The translations under genes and the position numbers were made by a program. A stretch of DNA of 64,000 bases, taken from assembly GCA_024635765.1 (NCBI GenBank), contig JAGXIE010000148.1, positions 4,074 to 68,073 of the forward strand, in the 5' to 3' direction. This document shows positions 1-10,591 of the stretch, one piece after another. Each line of letters starts with the position of its first letter. Positions within the stretch are counted from its first letter, which is position 1. The DNA comes from Flavobacteriaceae bacterium (GTDB taxonomy: Bacteria > Bacteroidota > Bacteroidia > Flavobacteriales > Flavobacteriaceae). Below the pieces are notes generated by a model that was given only the letters and a program-made list of their open reading frames with translations, was not told the DNA's origin and ran no database searches.

Positions 1-721
1 CAAATAATTGATCTTCATAAGTTTCGATTGGACCAATGACTATGTCCAGTGTATTCGTTTTCATATCCATCCAAGCCAAATCACTCGGTTGATACTTGTC
101 ATCTAATAAAGCTTTTGCTCTTAATTCCAAATATTTTTTCAGTCCAGCATCGTCTGCCAGTTTAGAAGCTTCCAATAATAAGTCTGAAACTTCCTTAACT
201 TCTGTTTCAAATTGTTTGTGATAAGGAATAGTGTATAACATCCCTAAAGAATCACGTCGTACAAAATTGTAGATACTTGTTTTGTTGTTCAGCTCTGCAG
301 CTTCGAATTCTTCCTTGGTCATATCCTTCGGATAGAAATTAGCTCCAGCTGGTTTTGGCCCTACACCTTCTACAAAAGGTTCATTTCCATCTAATCTATC
401 CCATGGACCATAATTAATTTTCGAAAACTTTTTAATGTCTTCATCTGAAATGGAATTGAGCAAAGAATCTTTAGCTCCATAGGCTTCATACCAAAACAAA
501 TCATTCATTTTATCCGCTGCTTTGATAAGTAACGGAATCATTTTTCGTTCATTTTCAGAAAGCTTACTGACGTCGGATGTCAGTTTTACACTAACATACT
601 TATCCAGTTTTTTCTGCATTTCCGATTGGGTAGGCTCTTCGTTCATGGGTTCTTCCTTCTTTTCTTCCTTACAGGAAAAAGTCAGTAAAATGACCATCGA
701 ACATAGAATTATTTTTTTCAT
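1..721 (-). CDS. Lipoprotein, probable Zn-dependent peptidase (M49/DPP III-like), 3' end outside the window
   Basis: Not in the ORF track. Reads MKKIILCSMVILLTFSCKEEK (lipobox), then FWYEAYG, INYGPWDRLDGNEPF, GANFYPKDMTKEEFE and DIVIGPIETYEDQLF, which resemble bacterial M49-like hydrolases. Open to the window edge. Confidence 0.7.
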   Translation of the reverse strand, partial: MKKIILCSMVILLTFSCKEEKKEEPMNEEPTQSEMQKKLDKYVSVKLTSDVSKLSENERKMIPLLIKAADKMNDLFWYEAYGAKDSLLNSISDEDIKKFSKINYGPWDRLDGNEPFVEGVGPKPAGANFYPKDMTKEEFEAAELNNKTSIYNFVRRDSLGMLYTIPYHKQFETEVKEVSDLLLEASKLADDAGLKKYLELRAKALLDDKYQPSDLAWMDMKTNTLDIVIGPIETYEDQLF

Positions 722-757
722 AATGTGTTTTATTGATTGACCTCAAAGTTAATTAAA

Positions 758-1318
758 TCATTCCTGCTTTTCAACATATTTTGCAATTGGTATATCATTG
801 ATAAAAACATTATCCAAAACGCCATTCCCATTTAAGATATAAACCAAAGCATAGGTATTATTAGGCAATGAATCCTGCTGTGCTTTAAGATACGCTAATT
901 CAGCATTATAGGCTTTTAACTCATTCATATAAAACTCATCAAACGGAAATGAAAAATTGATTTTCTTTTCATAGGTATTGTACCAATCAACTTGGGCTTT
1001 CACATAATCGCCACTTTCAGGTACATCTCTCGACACCGTCTCCACCATAGCAAACCCCAAAGTATCCGTTTTGAGGGCTATATATATCGGTTCGTAATTC
1101 GTCCAAGTTGAATCATTGGAAAGTACTGAAGTGATGTCATAATTGAGATGAATGTACTTACCCTTAAAAGGATCTGACGGATCAACAGGCCGTGTTTTAA
1201 ATTTGTAGGCAGTTCCTGTCTTGATGATGGCTTCTTGATCGAGAATCATTTTAGCAGGAATATAGATTTGAGCTAAAACAAGTAATACAAAAATCAAGAA
1301 TATATAGATTGGTTTCAT
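758..1318 (-). CDS. GDYXXLXY-domain membrane-anchored protein
   Basis: N-terminal TM; PVDPSDPFKGKYIHLNY motif; follows a DUF2157 gene, the usual pairing. Confidence 0.8.
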   Translation of the reverse strand: MKPIYIFLIFVLLVLAQIYIPAKMILDQEAIIKTGTAYKFKTRPVDPSDPFKGKYIHLNYDITSVLSNDSTWTNYEPIYIALKTDTLGFAMVETVSRDVPESGDYVKAQVDWYNTYEKKINFSFPFDEFYMNELKAYNAELAYLKAQQDSLPNNTYALVYILNGNGVLDNVFINDIPIAKYVEKQE

Positions 1319-2610
1319 ATTTTATTATTTAAATTTTCAAAAGTTTTCTTTCTTTTTAACATAACGTAATTGGTCAAAAAGAATCCTAGTCCGACACTCA
1401 CAAACAGCAATCCACGAATCACATAACTCAAATCAGTATCAAAAAACCGACATACGACCAAGGCAGTGATAATCAACAAACCATAATTCAGGATTCCAAA
1501 ATGGAATTTATCTGTGCCGATCTTTATCGTTACCAATCCTAGCGCAAATATGAGAATGTTCACAAGTATAGTTGGGATAAGGTTATCTGCCATTCCAACA
1601 AAAAACAATAATGTAAAAATGATGAATACGAAATGGAACAGGTTAAATCGCTTTACCCATTGCTTTGAATACGAATAAATGAGCACTGCCAAGGCCAAAC
1701 AAAAAAGGATTAATGCAATGTAGAATTCTTGTGATAGGAATTCATTTTTAGTCATACTAAATTCCCATATCCAATTAAAACTCGTTAACAGTAACATAAT
1801 CACTGTTCCGACAGAACCAAAAATGAGGTAACCATTTCGTCGTAACTTCTGATCATCAAAACTAGGGATCTTTCCGATGTTATAAAAAAGACCAAATAAA
1901 ATGACATACATCAAATATCCAAAATCATCATTTTGCTCTACAAAAACACCTAATGTAATGATCAAACTCAATGGCAACAACCAATTAAAAATAGACGTAA
2001 TATTGGCTTCCGGACGATGCTTCAACAGTTGTAAATAATGTGGTAACAAAAATGCTATTAAAAGCAAATACAACCAAGGTGTTTCTCCAATGGATTCATA
2101 GCCATAACCCAAGTTACAGGCATAAAAAGTTGAAAACACAATATGAAGGATAGCCACTGCATTAGACTTCAGCAAATACACCAATGGTAAACAGAGCACA
2201 ATCCATGTTAAAATATAAGAACTCAAATCACCAGGAATATTATAAATCTGACTTACCAAGGCGATGCTAGAGCCGACCGCGAAAAACAGGAAGGTCCCTG
2301 AAGCTTCTTTCCAAGTTGTACTTTTCTTTTTTAGAATGGAATAACCAGCGAATAATTGTCCCAAAACTAGAGGCAAAAATGCAAAGATAGTTTTCACTGG
2401 TCGTGTAAATTCATCCCAATTGTGAGCCATAATCAGTATGATTCCCAATCCAACCAATAGAGATCCTAAGACTCCAAATACTGTGAATAATCTATTGGGA
2501 CCATCGCTTTGCTTTGATAGATAATACTGCCGGATTTTTAGAGCTATATCCTCCGAAATAACTTGATTTTTTATCAATTCAGGTAATTCATTTAAGAGTT
2601 TTGAATTCAT
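1315..2610 (-). CDS. DUF2157 family multi-pass membrane protein
   Basis: LGSLLVGLGIILIMAHNW and SIALVSQIYNI motifs; many TM helices. Confidence 0.8.
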   Translation of the reverse strand: MNSKLLNELPELIKNQVISEDIALKIRQYYLSKQSDGPNRLFTVFGVLGSLLVGLGIILIMAHNWDEFTRPVKTIFAFLPLVLGQLFAGYSILKKKSTTWKEASGTFLFFAVGSSIALVSQIYNIPGDLSSYILTWIVLCLPLVYLLKSNAVAILHIVFSTFYACNLGYGYESIGETPWLYLLLIAFLLPHYLQLLKHRPEANITSIFNWLLPLSLIITLGVFVEQNDDFGYLMYVILFGLFYNIGKIPSFDDQKLRRNGYLIFGSVGTVIMLLLTSFNWIWEFSMTKNEFLSQEFYIALILFCLALAVLIYSYSKQWVKRFNLFHFVFIIFTLLFFVGMADNLIPTILVNILIFALGLVTIKIGTDKFHFGILNYGLLIITALVVCRFFDTDLSYVIRGLLFVSVGLGFFLTNYVMLKRKKTFENLNNKI

Positions 2611-2657
2611 TCGATTTTGTTTTGTAGTTAAATGTAATCTTTTATTCCTTTGTTTTA

Positions 2658-2688
2658 AAACCTCGCCATCTCATAACTGACGAGGTTT
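2658..2688 (-). terminator. Probable intrinsic terminator hairpin
   Basis: AAACCTCG...CGAGGTTT inverted repeat downstream of 2708..3193. Confidence 0.45.
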
Positions 2689-2707
2689 AAGGTCAACTGA
2701 CCCATCA

Positions 2708-3193
2708 TCAAAATAAAAAGATCATGTATACAATAATTCCTTCAGCGATTCCTGTAACGATACTCATTCCAAGAAGATCTTTTATCTTACTTTTTAAGAA
2801 AAAAATAGCACTCAAAATAGCCATGATGGCGGCCAACAAAATTTCCAAGGCTTCTATTTGTGATAATAAATAAGTGATTCCTGTAAAAGCTGCTGTTATA
2901 ATAACTGTAACAATACAGAATTTGATCACTTCCTGTTTGGAATAATTCCCTTCAATAAAACCATTTCGTAAATCTCTCAAAATCGACAAAATAAAAAGCA
3001 AAGGAACCACTGATAAAAACGGTGCAAATACAACTTTGATACCTTTTACAACTGACAAATCATTGTAAAAGAAAAATGCGATTGCAGTAAACGCTAATAA
3101 ACCTGTTACAATAATCGATTGAAAAGTGAATAATAATTCACGTTTACCTGAATTGGTTTTTGGTGACGGATTACTTGAGATAATTGGATTCAT
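2708..3193 (-). CDS. Hypothetical membrane protein
   Basis: 161-aa ORF with about 5 hydrophobic segments. Confidence 0.65.
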   Translation of the reverse strand: MNPIISSNPSPKTNSGKRELLFTFQSIIVTGLLAFTAIAFFFYNDLSVVKGIKVVFAPFLSVVPLLFILSILRDLRNGFIEGNYSKQEVIKFCIVTVIITAAFTGITYLLSQIEALEILLAAIMAILSAIFFLKSKIKDLLGMSIVTGIAEGIIVYMIFLF

Positions 3194-3229
3194 GATTTTT
3201 AAATTTTGATGATTAAACGTTTATTTTGA

Positions 3230-3697
3230 TTAAGTGGATAAAAAGAACACATGGATAGCCAGTGAGAGCAACACCCCACTTAATAGTCCGTTTGCTCTAA
3301 GACTGTTATATAAAATATAATTGAGGACATAACTACTAATGGTTGTGGAATTGATGAGATGCGCAAAAATGAGATGATCTTCTAGTTTCTGACCTGTTAG
3401 ATACTCTGTTAATTGCATCGTCCCTACTCCAATAACAATAGCAAGTAGTAATAATATGGTGGCAGGCTTTTGATTTTTGAGTTTGTATTCGTCAGTGTTT
3501 TGAGGCAAAAAATGCTCAATCAATAGAAATCGAACAAAAAAGAGCATTGGAATGGGAAACAAAATAGATGCAATAATTTTAATGACATCCTTAAAGGTTT
3601 TTATTTCATCATATCCCAAAAAAACCAGATAGATAAATACCACAACTGAAACACCAGTTGTAATAATAAAGGCCATGTTTGCATTTTTAAGTTTCAT
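3230..3697 (-). CDS. Hypothetical membrane protein
   Basis: 155-aa hydrophobic ORF co-oriented with its neighbours. Confidence 0.65.
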   Translation of the reverse strand: MKLKNANMAFIITTGVSVVVFIYLVFLGYDEIKTFKDVIKIIASILFPIPMLFFVRFLLIEHFLPQNTDEYKLKNQKPATILLLLAIVIGVGTMQLTEYLTGQKLEDHLIFAHLINSTTISSYVLNYILYNSLRANGLLSGVLLSLAIHVFFLST

Positions 3698-3705
3698 TGT
3701 GAGTC

Positions 3706-3855
3706 TTAAAAATTGGTTGGCACACTTGCATTAGACGCCAGGAAAGCAACACATTCATTATAAGTTTCTATACACTCCTTTGAAACACGACTGGAATTAA
3801 GAGCGATTACGAACAGAAAAGCTGCAAAAAGCGTTGTTTTGATCAGTGACTTCAT
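3706..3855 (-). CDS. Small putative exported peptide (49 aa)
   Basis: Hand translation MKSLIKTTLFAAFLFVIALNSSRVSKECIETYNECVAFLASNASVPTNF; A-rich initiation region; first gene of the minus-strand cluster. Confidence 0.45.
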   Translation of the reverse strand: MKSLIKTTLFAAFLFVIALNSSRVSKECIETYNECVAFLASNASVPTNF

Positions 3856-4006
3856 TTTGTTTTGTTTTAATGATTACATGACAAATTTGCGATAGTTAAA
3901 CTAGAATATAAATTTAATTTTTTTAAATAACTGACGATATATTTATGGATTTATATCAATTAACTATTATATTTATAGTAATAAAACATATAATACTGAC
4001 GATTTA

Positions 4007-5515
4007 ATGACCGATTTAAAAGCTGTTATTTCTATATTCTCTTCAGAAGAACAATTACGTTTTGTAAATTATCTAGAAAAGAAGAACAAACGGGACGATA
4101 CCAAAAACATCAAGTTGTTTAAGTTGCTTTTGGAAGGTGAAGATTCACAAGATATATGTTTTAAATTATATAAGAATGGCAAAAAAAACGCTTACCATGC
4201 ATTGAGAAAACGCCTTTATAATTCGTTGATTGATTTTATCGCGACTGCTAAAATGGAAGAAGAAAATTCAGTCGATATGCAACTCATAAAATATATCGTG
4301 GCATCAAGATCGTTTTTGCTTTATAACCAATACGAAGCGGCATATAAAATTTTAGATAAAGCAGAAATACTTGCAAAAGAACATCTTCTTTTTCCCATTT
4401 TGAATGAGATCTATCACACTAAAATTCAATATGCGTATACAAATCCGAAGGTTGACATTGAAGCAACTATCAAAGTTTTTAAAGAGAATCAAAAACAGCA
4501 TTACAGAGAAGACCAGCTCAATATAGTCTATGCAAAAATCCGCCAAACATTGAGTGATATTACTTATAGAGGTGAAGTCATAGATTTTCAGACTATATTA
4601 AAAGAAACACTAGCCGAGCACAATATTGATATCAATGAATCACTATCGTTCAAATCGTTATACCAGTTAATGAAAATTGTAAGTATCTCTGCGTTCGTGA
4701 CAAATGATTATTTAAAAATTGAATCCTTTTTATTAGATACTTATGAGGCCATCCAACATCGAAAAACAAAAGACAACCAGCTGTATTATCACATCGAAGT
4801 TCTTTATATTATTGCCAACACTTTGTTCCGAAACAAAAAATTTGAAGAATCCATGTCTTATTTAGAAAAGATGCGTGGATACATGATTCAAAATAAGAAC
4901 AAACATTACAATACTTTTAAGTTAAAGTATCATTTGCTTTTAGGATTAAATTATAACTATTCTAACCAACAAGGCAAGGCAATTCAATTGTTAGAGCAAT
5001 TTAAAATCAATAAGCATCCTGATATAGAGTCATTGTTGGATATCTATTTGAGCCTGGTGATGTTTTACGTTCAGAATAAAGACTTTAAAAAAGCAATGAA
5101 TCTGTTTTCGAAATTTTACCATACAGATAATTGGTATCAGGAAAGAGCAGGAAAAGAATGGACTATCAAGAAAAACCTTATTGAAATCATACTACATATC
5201 GAATTGGAACATCTCGATTTGGTAGAATCACGATTAAAAAGTTTTAAACGAACATATTCTAATTATTTAAAACAAATCAATCAAGAACGCGTACTCACCT
5301 ATTTGAATTTGTTAGAACATTACCATAAAAATCCGGAACAAATCAGAACAATCCAATTTAAAAAGAAAGTAGAATACTCCTTCGAATGGCTCGAAGCGAG
5401 ACGTGAAGATATTTTCGTCATGAGCTTTTATGCTTGGTTAAAAAGCAAAATGGAAAACAAACCATTATTCTCAACAACTTTAGAGCTAATCTCAATGGCA
5501 CAAGCTGTTAAATAG
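4007..5515 (+). CDS. Helical/TPR-like hypothetical protein, possible regulator
   Basis: 502 aa, all-helical; HTH-like N-terminal segment; divergent from the membrane-protein cluster. Confidence 0.6.
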   Translation: MTDLKAVISIFSSEEQLRFVNYLEKKNKRDDTKNIKLFKLLLEGEDSQDICFKLYKNGKKNAYHALRKRLYNSLIDFIATAKMEEENSVDMQLIKYIVASRSFLLYNQYEAAYKILDKAEILAKEHLLFPILNEIYHTKIQYAYTNPKVDIEATIKVFKENQKQHYREDQLNIVYAKIRQTLSDITYRGEVIDFQTILKETLAEHNIDINESLSFKSLYQLMKIVSISAFVTNDYLKIESFLLDTYEAIQHRKTKDNQLYYHIEVLYIIANTLFRNKKFEESMSYLEKMRGYMIQNKNKHYNTFKLKYHLLLGLNYNYSNQQGKAIQLLEQFKINKHPDIESLLDIYLSLVMFYVQNKDFKKAMNLFSKFYHTDNWYQERAGKEWTIKKNLIEIILHIELEHLDLVESRLKSFKRTYSNYLKQINQERVLTYLNLLEHYHKNPEQIRTIQFKKKVEYSFEWLEARREDIFVMSFYAWLKSKMENKPLFSTTLELISMAQAVK

Positions 5516-5594
5516 TAGTTAAAAATCTGTTTCAGATTAAACCAATAAAAAATCGTTGAGTCATAGTAGTACAAACAATAAAAAATAATAAAAA

Positions 5595-6059
5595 ATGAAA
5601 AACCTATTAATGATAGCAATCGCATTTTTAACGATAAATGCAACAGCACAAGAAAGAAAAAAAGAAGGTCAAAAAGGTGAAATGAAAGAGCGAATGGAGA
5701 TGCGCAATAAGATGACTCCTGAAGAAACGGCCAATCTTAAAACAAAGAAAATGACCCTACATTTAGACTTAACAGAAAAGCAACAATCGGAAGTTGAAAA
5801 ACTACTTTTGGATCAAGCAAAAACCCGTACAGCCAAAATGGAAGAATTTAAATCAAGAAGAGAAATGGCTGATGGTGAGAAACCTTCAAAAGAGGAACGT
5901 TTAAAAATGGCCAACGCACGTTTAGACCATCAAATAGAGATGAAGAAGAAAATGAAAGCCATTTTAAATGCAGAGCAATATGAGAAGTTTGAGAAAATGC
6001 AAGAAAAAAGACAAGGCATGAAAGGTCATAAAGCAAGAATGCAAAAACAAAAAGAATAA
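5595..6059 (+). CDS. Spy/CpxP-like (LTxxQ) periplasmic protein
   Basis: Signal peptide; LDLTEKQQ and ILNAEQYEK motifs. Confidence 0.7.
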   Translation: MKNLLMIAIAFLTINATAQERKKEGQKGEMKERMEMRNKMTPEETANLKTKKMTLHLDLTEKQQSEVEKLLLDQAKTRTAKMEEFKSRREMADGEKPSKEERLKMANARLDHQIEMKKKMKAILNAEQYEKFEKMQEKRQGMKGHKARMQKQKE

Positions 6060-6090
6060 TCTTGTTGATTGATTAAGTTGGTTTTAGCAC

Positions 6091-6125
6091 AAAAAGGCAT
6101 TGGTTTTTTAATCAATGCCTTTTTT
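6091..6125 (+). terminator. Intrinsic terminator
   Basis: AAAAAGGCATTG...CAATGCCTTTTTT. Confidence 0.75.
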
Positions 6126-6186
6126 ATTTGTGTTTTTGGCTTAAAAATTATTACTTTAGTACGCTACTATTAAAAAATTAAAACTG

Positions 6187-6531
6187 ATGAAAAAATTAAT
6201 AACACTTTGCTTTTTTGCCTTTGCTATGATCTTAGGAACACAATCGGCTGCATCACAAAATATAATTGAGATCAACTCACTTGCCGCCGAAAAAACACAG
6301 GAGCTTAAAAAAGTAATTAAATTCACTGATGAGACCGCAGATTTGATCTATAAAACATATCAAATTTACGAGCAGAAAAAATACGATTTAGAACAATTAA
6401 ACGCTAGAGGCGAATCAGTCGCTAAAGACGACGTGAAAAAAGTTGAAAACATTTTAAGTGAGCAATTCAAAACAATCTTTACAGAAGAAGAATTTGAACG
6501 CTATCTTGAATTTGAAAAGAATCAAAAATAA
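6187..6531 (+). CDS. Exported hypothetical protein
   Basis: Signal peptide; helical; IFTEEEFERY C-terminus. Confidence 0.65.
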   Translation: MKKLITLCFFAFAMILGTQSAASQNIIEINSLAAEKTQELKKVIKFTDETADLIYKTYQIYEQKKYDLEQLNARGESVAKDDVKKVENILSEQFKTIFTEEEFERYLEFEKNQK

Positions 6532-6551
6532 GAAACAGTGTTCATCATTTT

Positions 6552-6581
6552 AAAAGGCAATCAAGATCTTGATTGCCTTTT
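6552..6581. terminator. Bidirectional terminator
   Basis: Perfect palindrome AAAAGGCAATCAAGATCTTGATTGCCTTTT between convergent genes. Confidence 0.8.
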
Positions 6582-6593
6582 ACGATTTATAAT

Positions 6594-7880
6594 TTATAAC
6601 AACTTTGCCACATGTTCTACTGCGGCAATGGTTTTATCCAAATCATCATATGTTAAGGCATCGCATATAAACCAAGTTTCAAATGCACTGGGAGCAATAT
6701 AAATGCCTTCCTTTAGCATGCCGTGAAAAAAGGTTTTGAAGGTATCGTTATTAGCATTGACTGCCGATTCAAAATCGGTAACTGGCATCACATCAAAATG
6801 AATGGAGATCATAGAACCTACCCTATTGATAGTGTGCTCAATACCACTTGAATCGAATGCTCTCGAAAAACCATGATGCAAATATTCGGTTTTTTTTGCC
6901 AGTCGACTAAAAATTTCGGTGTCGTTATTCAATTCCGTAAGCATTGCAAAGCCCGCCGCCATTGCAATAGGATTCCCACTCAAAGTTCCAGCTTGATAGA
7001 CGGGTCCTATTGGCGCTAGATAATCCATAATCTCTTTACGCGCTGCAAACGCACCCACTGGTAAACCACCACCAATTACCTTTCCAAAGCAAACAACGTC
7101 TGCATTTACCCCATAAAGTTCTTGTGCACCGCCTTTTGCCAATCGAAAACCAGTCATTACTTCATCGAATATGAGCACTATATGATGGTCATCACATAGC
7201 TGTCTTAAAGATTGTAAGAAATCATTATCAGGTGGAATGCAACCCATATTCCCCGCAACTGGCTCAATAATAATACAAGCAATTTCATCGGTATTCGCCG
7301 CAATCAAATCAGTTACATTTTGAATATCGTTGTAGCGTGCCAACAAAGTGTCTTTTGCTGTTCCAATAGTCACTCCAGGACTGTTAGGTGTCCCAAACGT
7401 AACTGCGCCACTTCCAGCAGCAATCAAGAACGCATCGCTATGACCATGATAGCAACCTGCAAACTTGATGATTTTATCTTTTTTTGTATATCCTCTAGCC
7501 AACCGCACCGCACTCATGCAAGCTTCTGTACCAGAATTGACAAATCGTATTTTATCGATGTTTGGGACCATTGAAGTTGCCAGTTCCGCAATCTTGGTTT
7601 CAATTTCTGTAGGCATCCCAAAAGAAGTTCCTAGTTTGGCCTTTTCAATCACAGCATTAACTACTGGATCGTAGGCATGGCCTAAAATCATTGGCCCCCA
7701 AGAATTAATGTAGTCTATATATGTGTTTCCATCCTCATCGTAAACATATGCCCCTTTTGCCGATTTTGCAAAAATCGGTTTGCCTCCTACAGCTTTAAAT
7801 GCTCTTACAGGTGAATTGACACCACCTGGAATGACCTGTTCAGCATGCTTAAAAAGTGTACTACTTCGTTGATATGACAT
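6594..7880 (-). CDS. hemL: Glutamate-1-semialdehyde 2,1-aminomutase
   Basis: [51 protein letters not shown]. Confidence 0.97.
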   Translation of the reverse strand: MSYQRSSTLFKHAEQVIPGGVNSPVRAFKAVGGKPIFAKSAKGAYVYDEDGNTYIDYINSWGPMILGHAYDPVVNAVIEKAKLGTSFGMPTEIETKIAELATSMVPNIDKIRFVNSGTEACMSAVRLARGYTKKDKIIKFAGCYHGHSDAFLIAAGSGAVTFGTPNSPGVTIGTAKDTLLARYNDIQNVTDLIAANTDEIACIIIEPVAGNMGCIPPDNDFLQSLRQLCDDHHIVLIFDEVMTGFRLAKGGAQELYGVNADVVCFGKVIGGGLPVGAFAARKEIMDYLAPIGPVYQAGTLSGNPIAMAAGFAMLTELNNDTEIFSRLAKKTEYLHHGFSRAFDSSGIEHTINRVGSMISIHFDVMPVTDFESAVNANNDTFKTFFHGMLKEGIYIAPSAFETWFICDALTYDDLDKTIAAVEHVAKLL

Positions 7881-7882
7881 GA

Positions 7883-8719
7883 TTAATTGGATTTAATAAT
7901 GAGTTTTTGGCCTAGTTTTAAATCATAATTTTTCATGTCATTCATTTTTTGTAGTTCCTGAATACTAATATTATATTGCTTTGACAATGAATACATGGTG
8001 TCCCCTTTGACGACCTCATGAGTGACCATTTTTGAGAGAGTTTGCATCGTCCTAGTTCTTTCACTGCGAGGCGTGCCAAGTACTTCTTCATCAAATTTAT
8101 AAAGCTGAAAACGTTCAATTAAGCTAATTAACTTTTCTGGATATTTCTTGTCGGTTGCATAACCTGCAGCGCGCAATCCTTTGGCCCAACTTTCATAATC
8201 GTCTTCATCGTACTTAAATAACCCAGCATAACGGCTTCGTTTTGCTAAAAAAACAGAATGGTCTTCAAAAGACTCTTCAGCACGCTTATATTTTCGAAAG
8301 CACTCTTGACTTCTATCATCATCATGATAAATTTTTTCTCCCGTCCAATCATGGCATTTAATTCCAAAATGATTGTTGCCTTCTTGAGCCAAACGACCTT
8401 TTCCTGAAGAAGATTCCAAAATACCTTGTGCCAAAGTAATACTGGCAGGCACCTTAAAGCGACGCATTTCTTCTTGCGCAATCTCACTGTAACTGGCAAT
8501 ATATTCTTCAGTGCTATTAGCAAATGTCTTGCGAATTTCAGGATTTACAACAATTTCTGAAGGCGTTTCGGCAGGCGTTCCAGATTCATCGGTCTTCGTC
8601 TTTACAGCTACACGTTCCGTTCTTTGAGGTGCATTCTTCTTTTTTGTGATAATGCGTTTTTTAGAACCGCAGCTCACAATCATTAGACCAAGCATAAAAA
8701 TAATAAGGATTCGCTTCAT
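7883..8719 (-). CDS. Glucosaminidase (GH73) + LysM lipoprotein
   Basis: Lipobox IVSC; [23 protein letters not shown]; C-terminal Lys[14 protein letters not shown]. Confidence 0.92.
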   Translation of the reverse strand: MKRILIIFMLGLMIVSCGSKKRIITKKKNAPQRTERVAVKTKTDESGTPAETPSEIVVNPEIRKTFANSTEEYIASYSEIAQEEMRRFKVPASITLAQGILESSSGKGRLAQEGNNHFGIKCHDWTGEKIYHDDDRSQECFRKYKRAEESFEDHSVFLAKRSRYAGLFKYDEDDYESWAKGLRAAGYATDKKYPEKLISLIERFQLYKFDEEVLGTPRSERTRTMQTLSKMVTHEVVKGDTMYSLSKQYNISIQELQKMNDMKNYDLKLGQKLIIKSN

Positions 8720-8728
8720 AAAAATATA

Positions 8729-9646
8729 TCAACCTATCAAGGGTAGGCTTTTTTCTTTTAAAATTAAATTCATACCATCAATTCCCTGTAATCCACCAGT
8801 ATGAATAGCGAGAATTTTTGAACCTTTGGGAAAGAAACCTTTCTTTATCAAATCATAAATTCCGAACATCATTTTTCCTGTGTAAATAGGGTCTAATGGA
8901 ATCTTGTTCTGGCACTTGAATGCATTTATAAAACTTATTAATTCAAGATTTATTTTAGCATATCCACCGAAATTATAGTCATTAACAAGATTCCAATTAC
9001 TTTTGGTGGCAAATTTAGCGATTTCTTCTTGTAAAAAATCACCTTTTAAGGCTGGAAATCCAAGAAATTTTTGATGGGGTTGACTGCTGTTTATCAACCC
9101 AGAGATAGTGCCTCCTGTCCCAACCGAACAACAAATATAATCAAAAATGATATCTTCCTCCGTGAGGATTTCTTCACAGCCCTTAACAGCCAAATGATTC
9201 GTGCCACCTTCAGGAATCAAATAAAAATCACCAAACTCATTTATCAGGCTCTTAACAAAATGCAATGATGATTTATTCCGATAATCTTCGCGTGAAATGA
9301 ACTTAAAAACCATACCGCAATCGTATGCAAATTTTAAGGTCGGATTGGTATCTACTTTATTAAACAGCTCCTCTCCTCTAATGATGCCTACCGTTGAAAA
9401 CCCAAATTCTTGACCTGCTGCCGCAACCGCCGCAATATGGTTTGAAAAAGCGCCTCCAAATGTGAGTAATGTTTTTTTATTTTGCCTCTGTGCTTCTTCT
9501 ACATTGTATTTGAGTTTTCGGAATTTATTACCCGAAACTTGTGGATGGATAAGATATTCTGGCTTAAGGCTAATTTCACAATCAAATTCATTAGAAAAAT
9601 CTAATTGGATATTTGCTTTTTGAGAAAGATTAAGACTTGAAAACAC
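8729..9646 (-). CDS. ACC deaminase/D-cysteine desulfhydrase family PLP enzyme
   Basis: SGNKFRKLKYN, TFGGAFSNH, IPEGG, LDPIYTGK, IHTGGLQG. Confidence 0.9.
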   Translation of the reverse strand: MFSSLNLSQKANIQLDFSNEFDCEISLKPEYLIHPQVSGNKFRKLKYNVEEAQRQNKKTLLTFGGAFSNHIAAVAAAGQEFGFSTVGIIRGEELFNKVDTNPTLKFAYDCGMVFKFISREDYRNKSSLHFVKSLINEFGDFYLIPEGGTNHLAVKGCEEILTEEDIIFDYICCSVGTGGTISGLINSSQPHQKFLGFPALKGDFLQEEIAKFATKSNWNLVNDYNFGGYAKINLELISFINAFKCQNKIPLDPIYTGKMMFGIYDLIKKGFFPKGSKILAIHTGGLQGIDGMNLILKEKSLPLIG

Positions 9647-10056
9647 TTTAGAAATGAGTCTGGTTCATGGTGTAAAATTACCAAAATATTTTACATTAAA
9701 CCATCTAAATTGCCTACCATAACTTACAGTAAAACAGTTTTATAGCTAAAATTAAGCCAATTGACCTTATTTCATTAAATTTTGGGATGCAGAGAATGAA
9801 ATTGCATCAATTCTACTGTCTTTAGATAACGATACACAAATTCACATGGTTTTATAAATACTTCAAAGCATCAAAAACAGGTGTGTTGTACTTTTACAAT
9901 TATTATTTATTTTGTATAACTATAATAGGATTTATTTACTAAACTGTATAGTTGTTTTAGGACAGGTCACACCCAACACCTATCTCTAGATACTCCCTAC
10001 ATAAGCCGTATAAACTATATAAATAAAACGCCTCAATGGTGCAAAAAATCTAGCCC

Positions 10057-10380
10057 TTAAAGATAACGCATAAAGCTCCAAAAAGGGAGCCTGTTAAGAT
10101 AACCCAATGAGCCTTCATGTGCATAGGCCTCCTGTTCAAAAGAAATATTCCGATACGCCAAAGAGCAGCATCTATAATGCAAATACCTTATCAAAAACTC
10201 TAGGGCATACCACACGAAAAATGGTAGTATTAAGAGCTCCAATTGTTGGCGCAAATGAATCTTCTCATGGTTGACAAAGCGTTTGTCTCCCTTTAAAAAA
10301 TCATGTTTGATAAACACAAATGGAAACAAAGTAATAGCTGTATAACCCTTTGGAACCATATATTTAGAAACTAAAATCAT
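10057..10380 (-). CDS. Conserved hypothetical protein with HExxH motif
   Basis: NHEKIHLRQQ and ISFEQEAY. Confidence 0.7.
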   Translation of the reverse strand: MILVSKYMVPKGYTAITLFPFVFIKHDFLKGDKRFVNHEKIHLRQQLELLILPFFVWYALEFLIRYLHYRCCSLAYRNISFEQEAYAHEGSLGYLNRLPFWSFMRYL

Positions 10381-10429
10381 AGTGAAAGGTCTTCAAAAAT
10401 CTATCCAATTTACATTATCTTTGTAATAT

Positions 10430-10591
10430 ATGAAGAAAATTGTCCCACTAGAAGAAGGCGATTATTATCTAACACCCGAAGGCTATCGTTGTTTTACCGA
10501 ACAATATCTTTTAAAACGCGGCTATTGTTGCGAAAGTGGATGTAGACATTGCCCTTATGGTTTCAATAATATTTCATTAAAAAAAAAGTAA
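10430..10591 (+). CDS. Small Cys-rich protein (DUF5522-like, 53 aa)
   Basis: Hand translation MKKIVPLEEGDYYLTPEGYRCFTEQYLLKRGYCCESGCRHCPYG...; stop overlaps the hutU start (TAATG); TATCTTTG -7 box just upstream. Confidence 0.8.
   Translation: MKKIVPLEEGDYYLTPEGYRCFTEQYLLKRGYCCESGCRHCPYGFNNISLKKK

Noticed and set aside
9660-10050. 400-bp AT-rich intergenic region as an ncRNA or riboswitch
   Set aside because: No recognisable conserved motif or convincing stable structure by eye.
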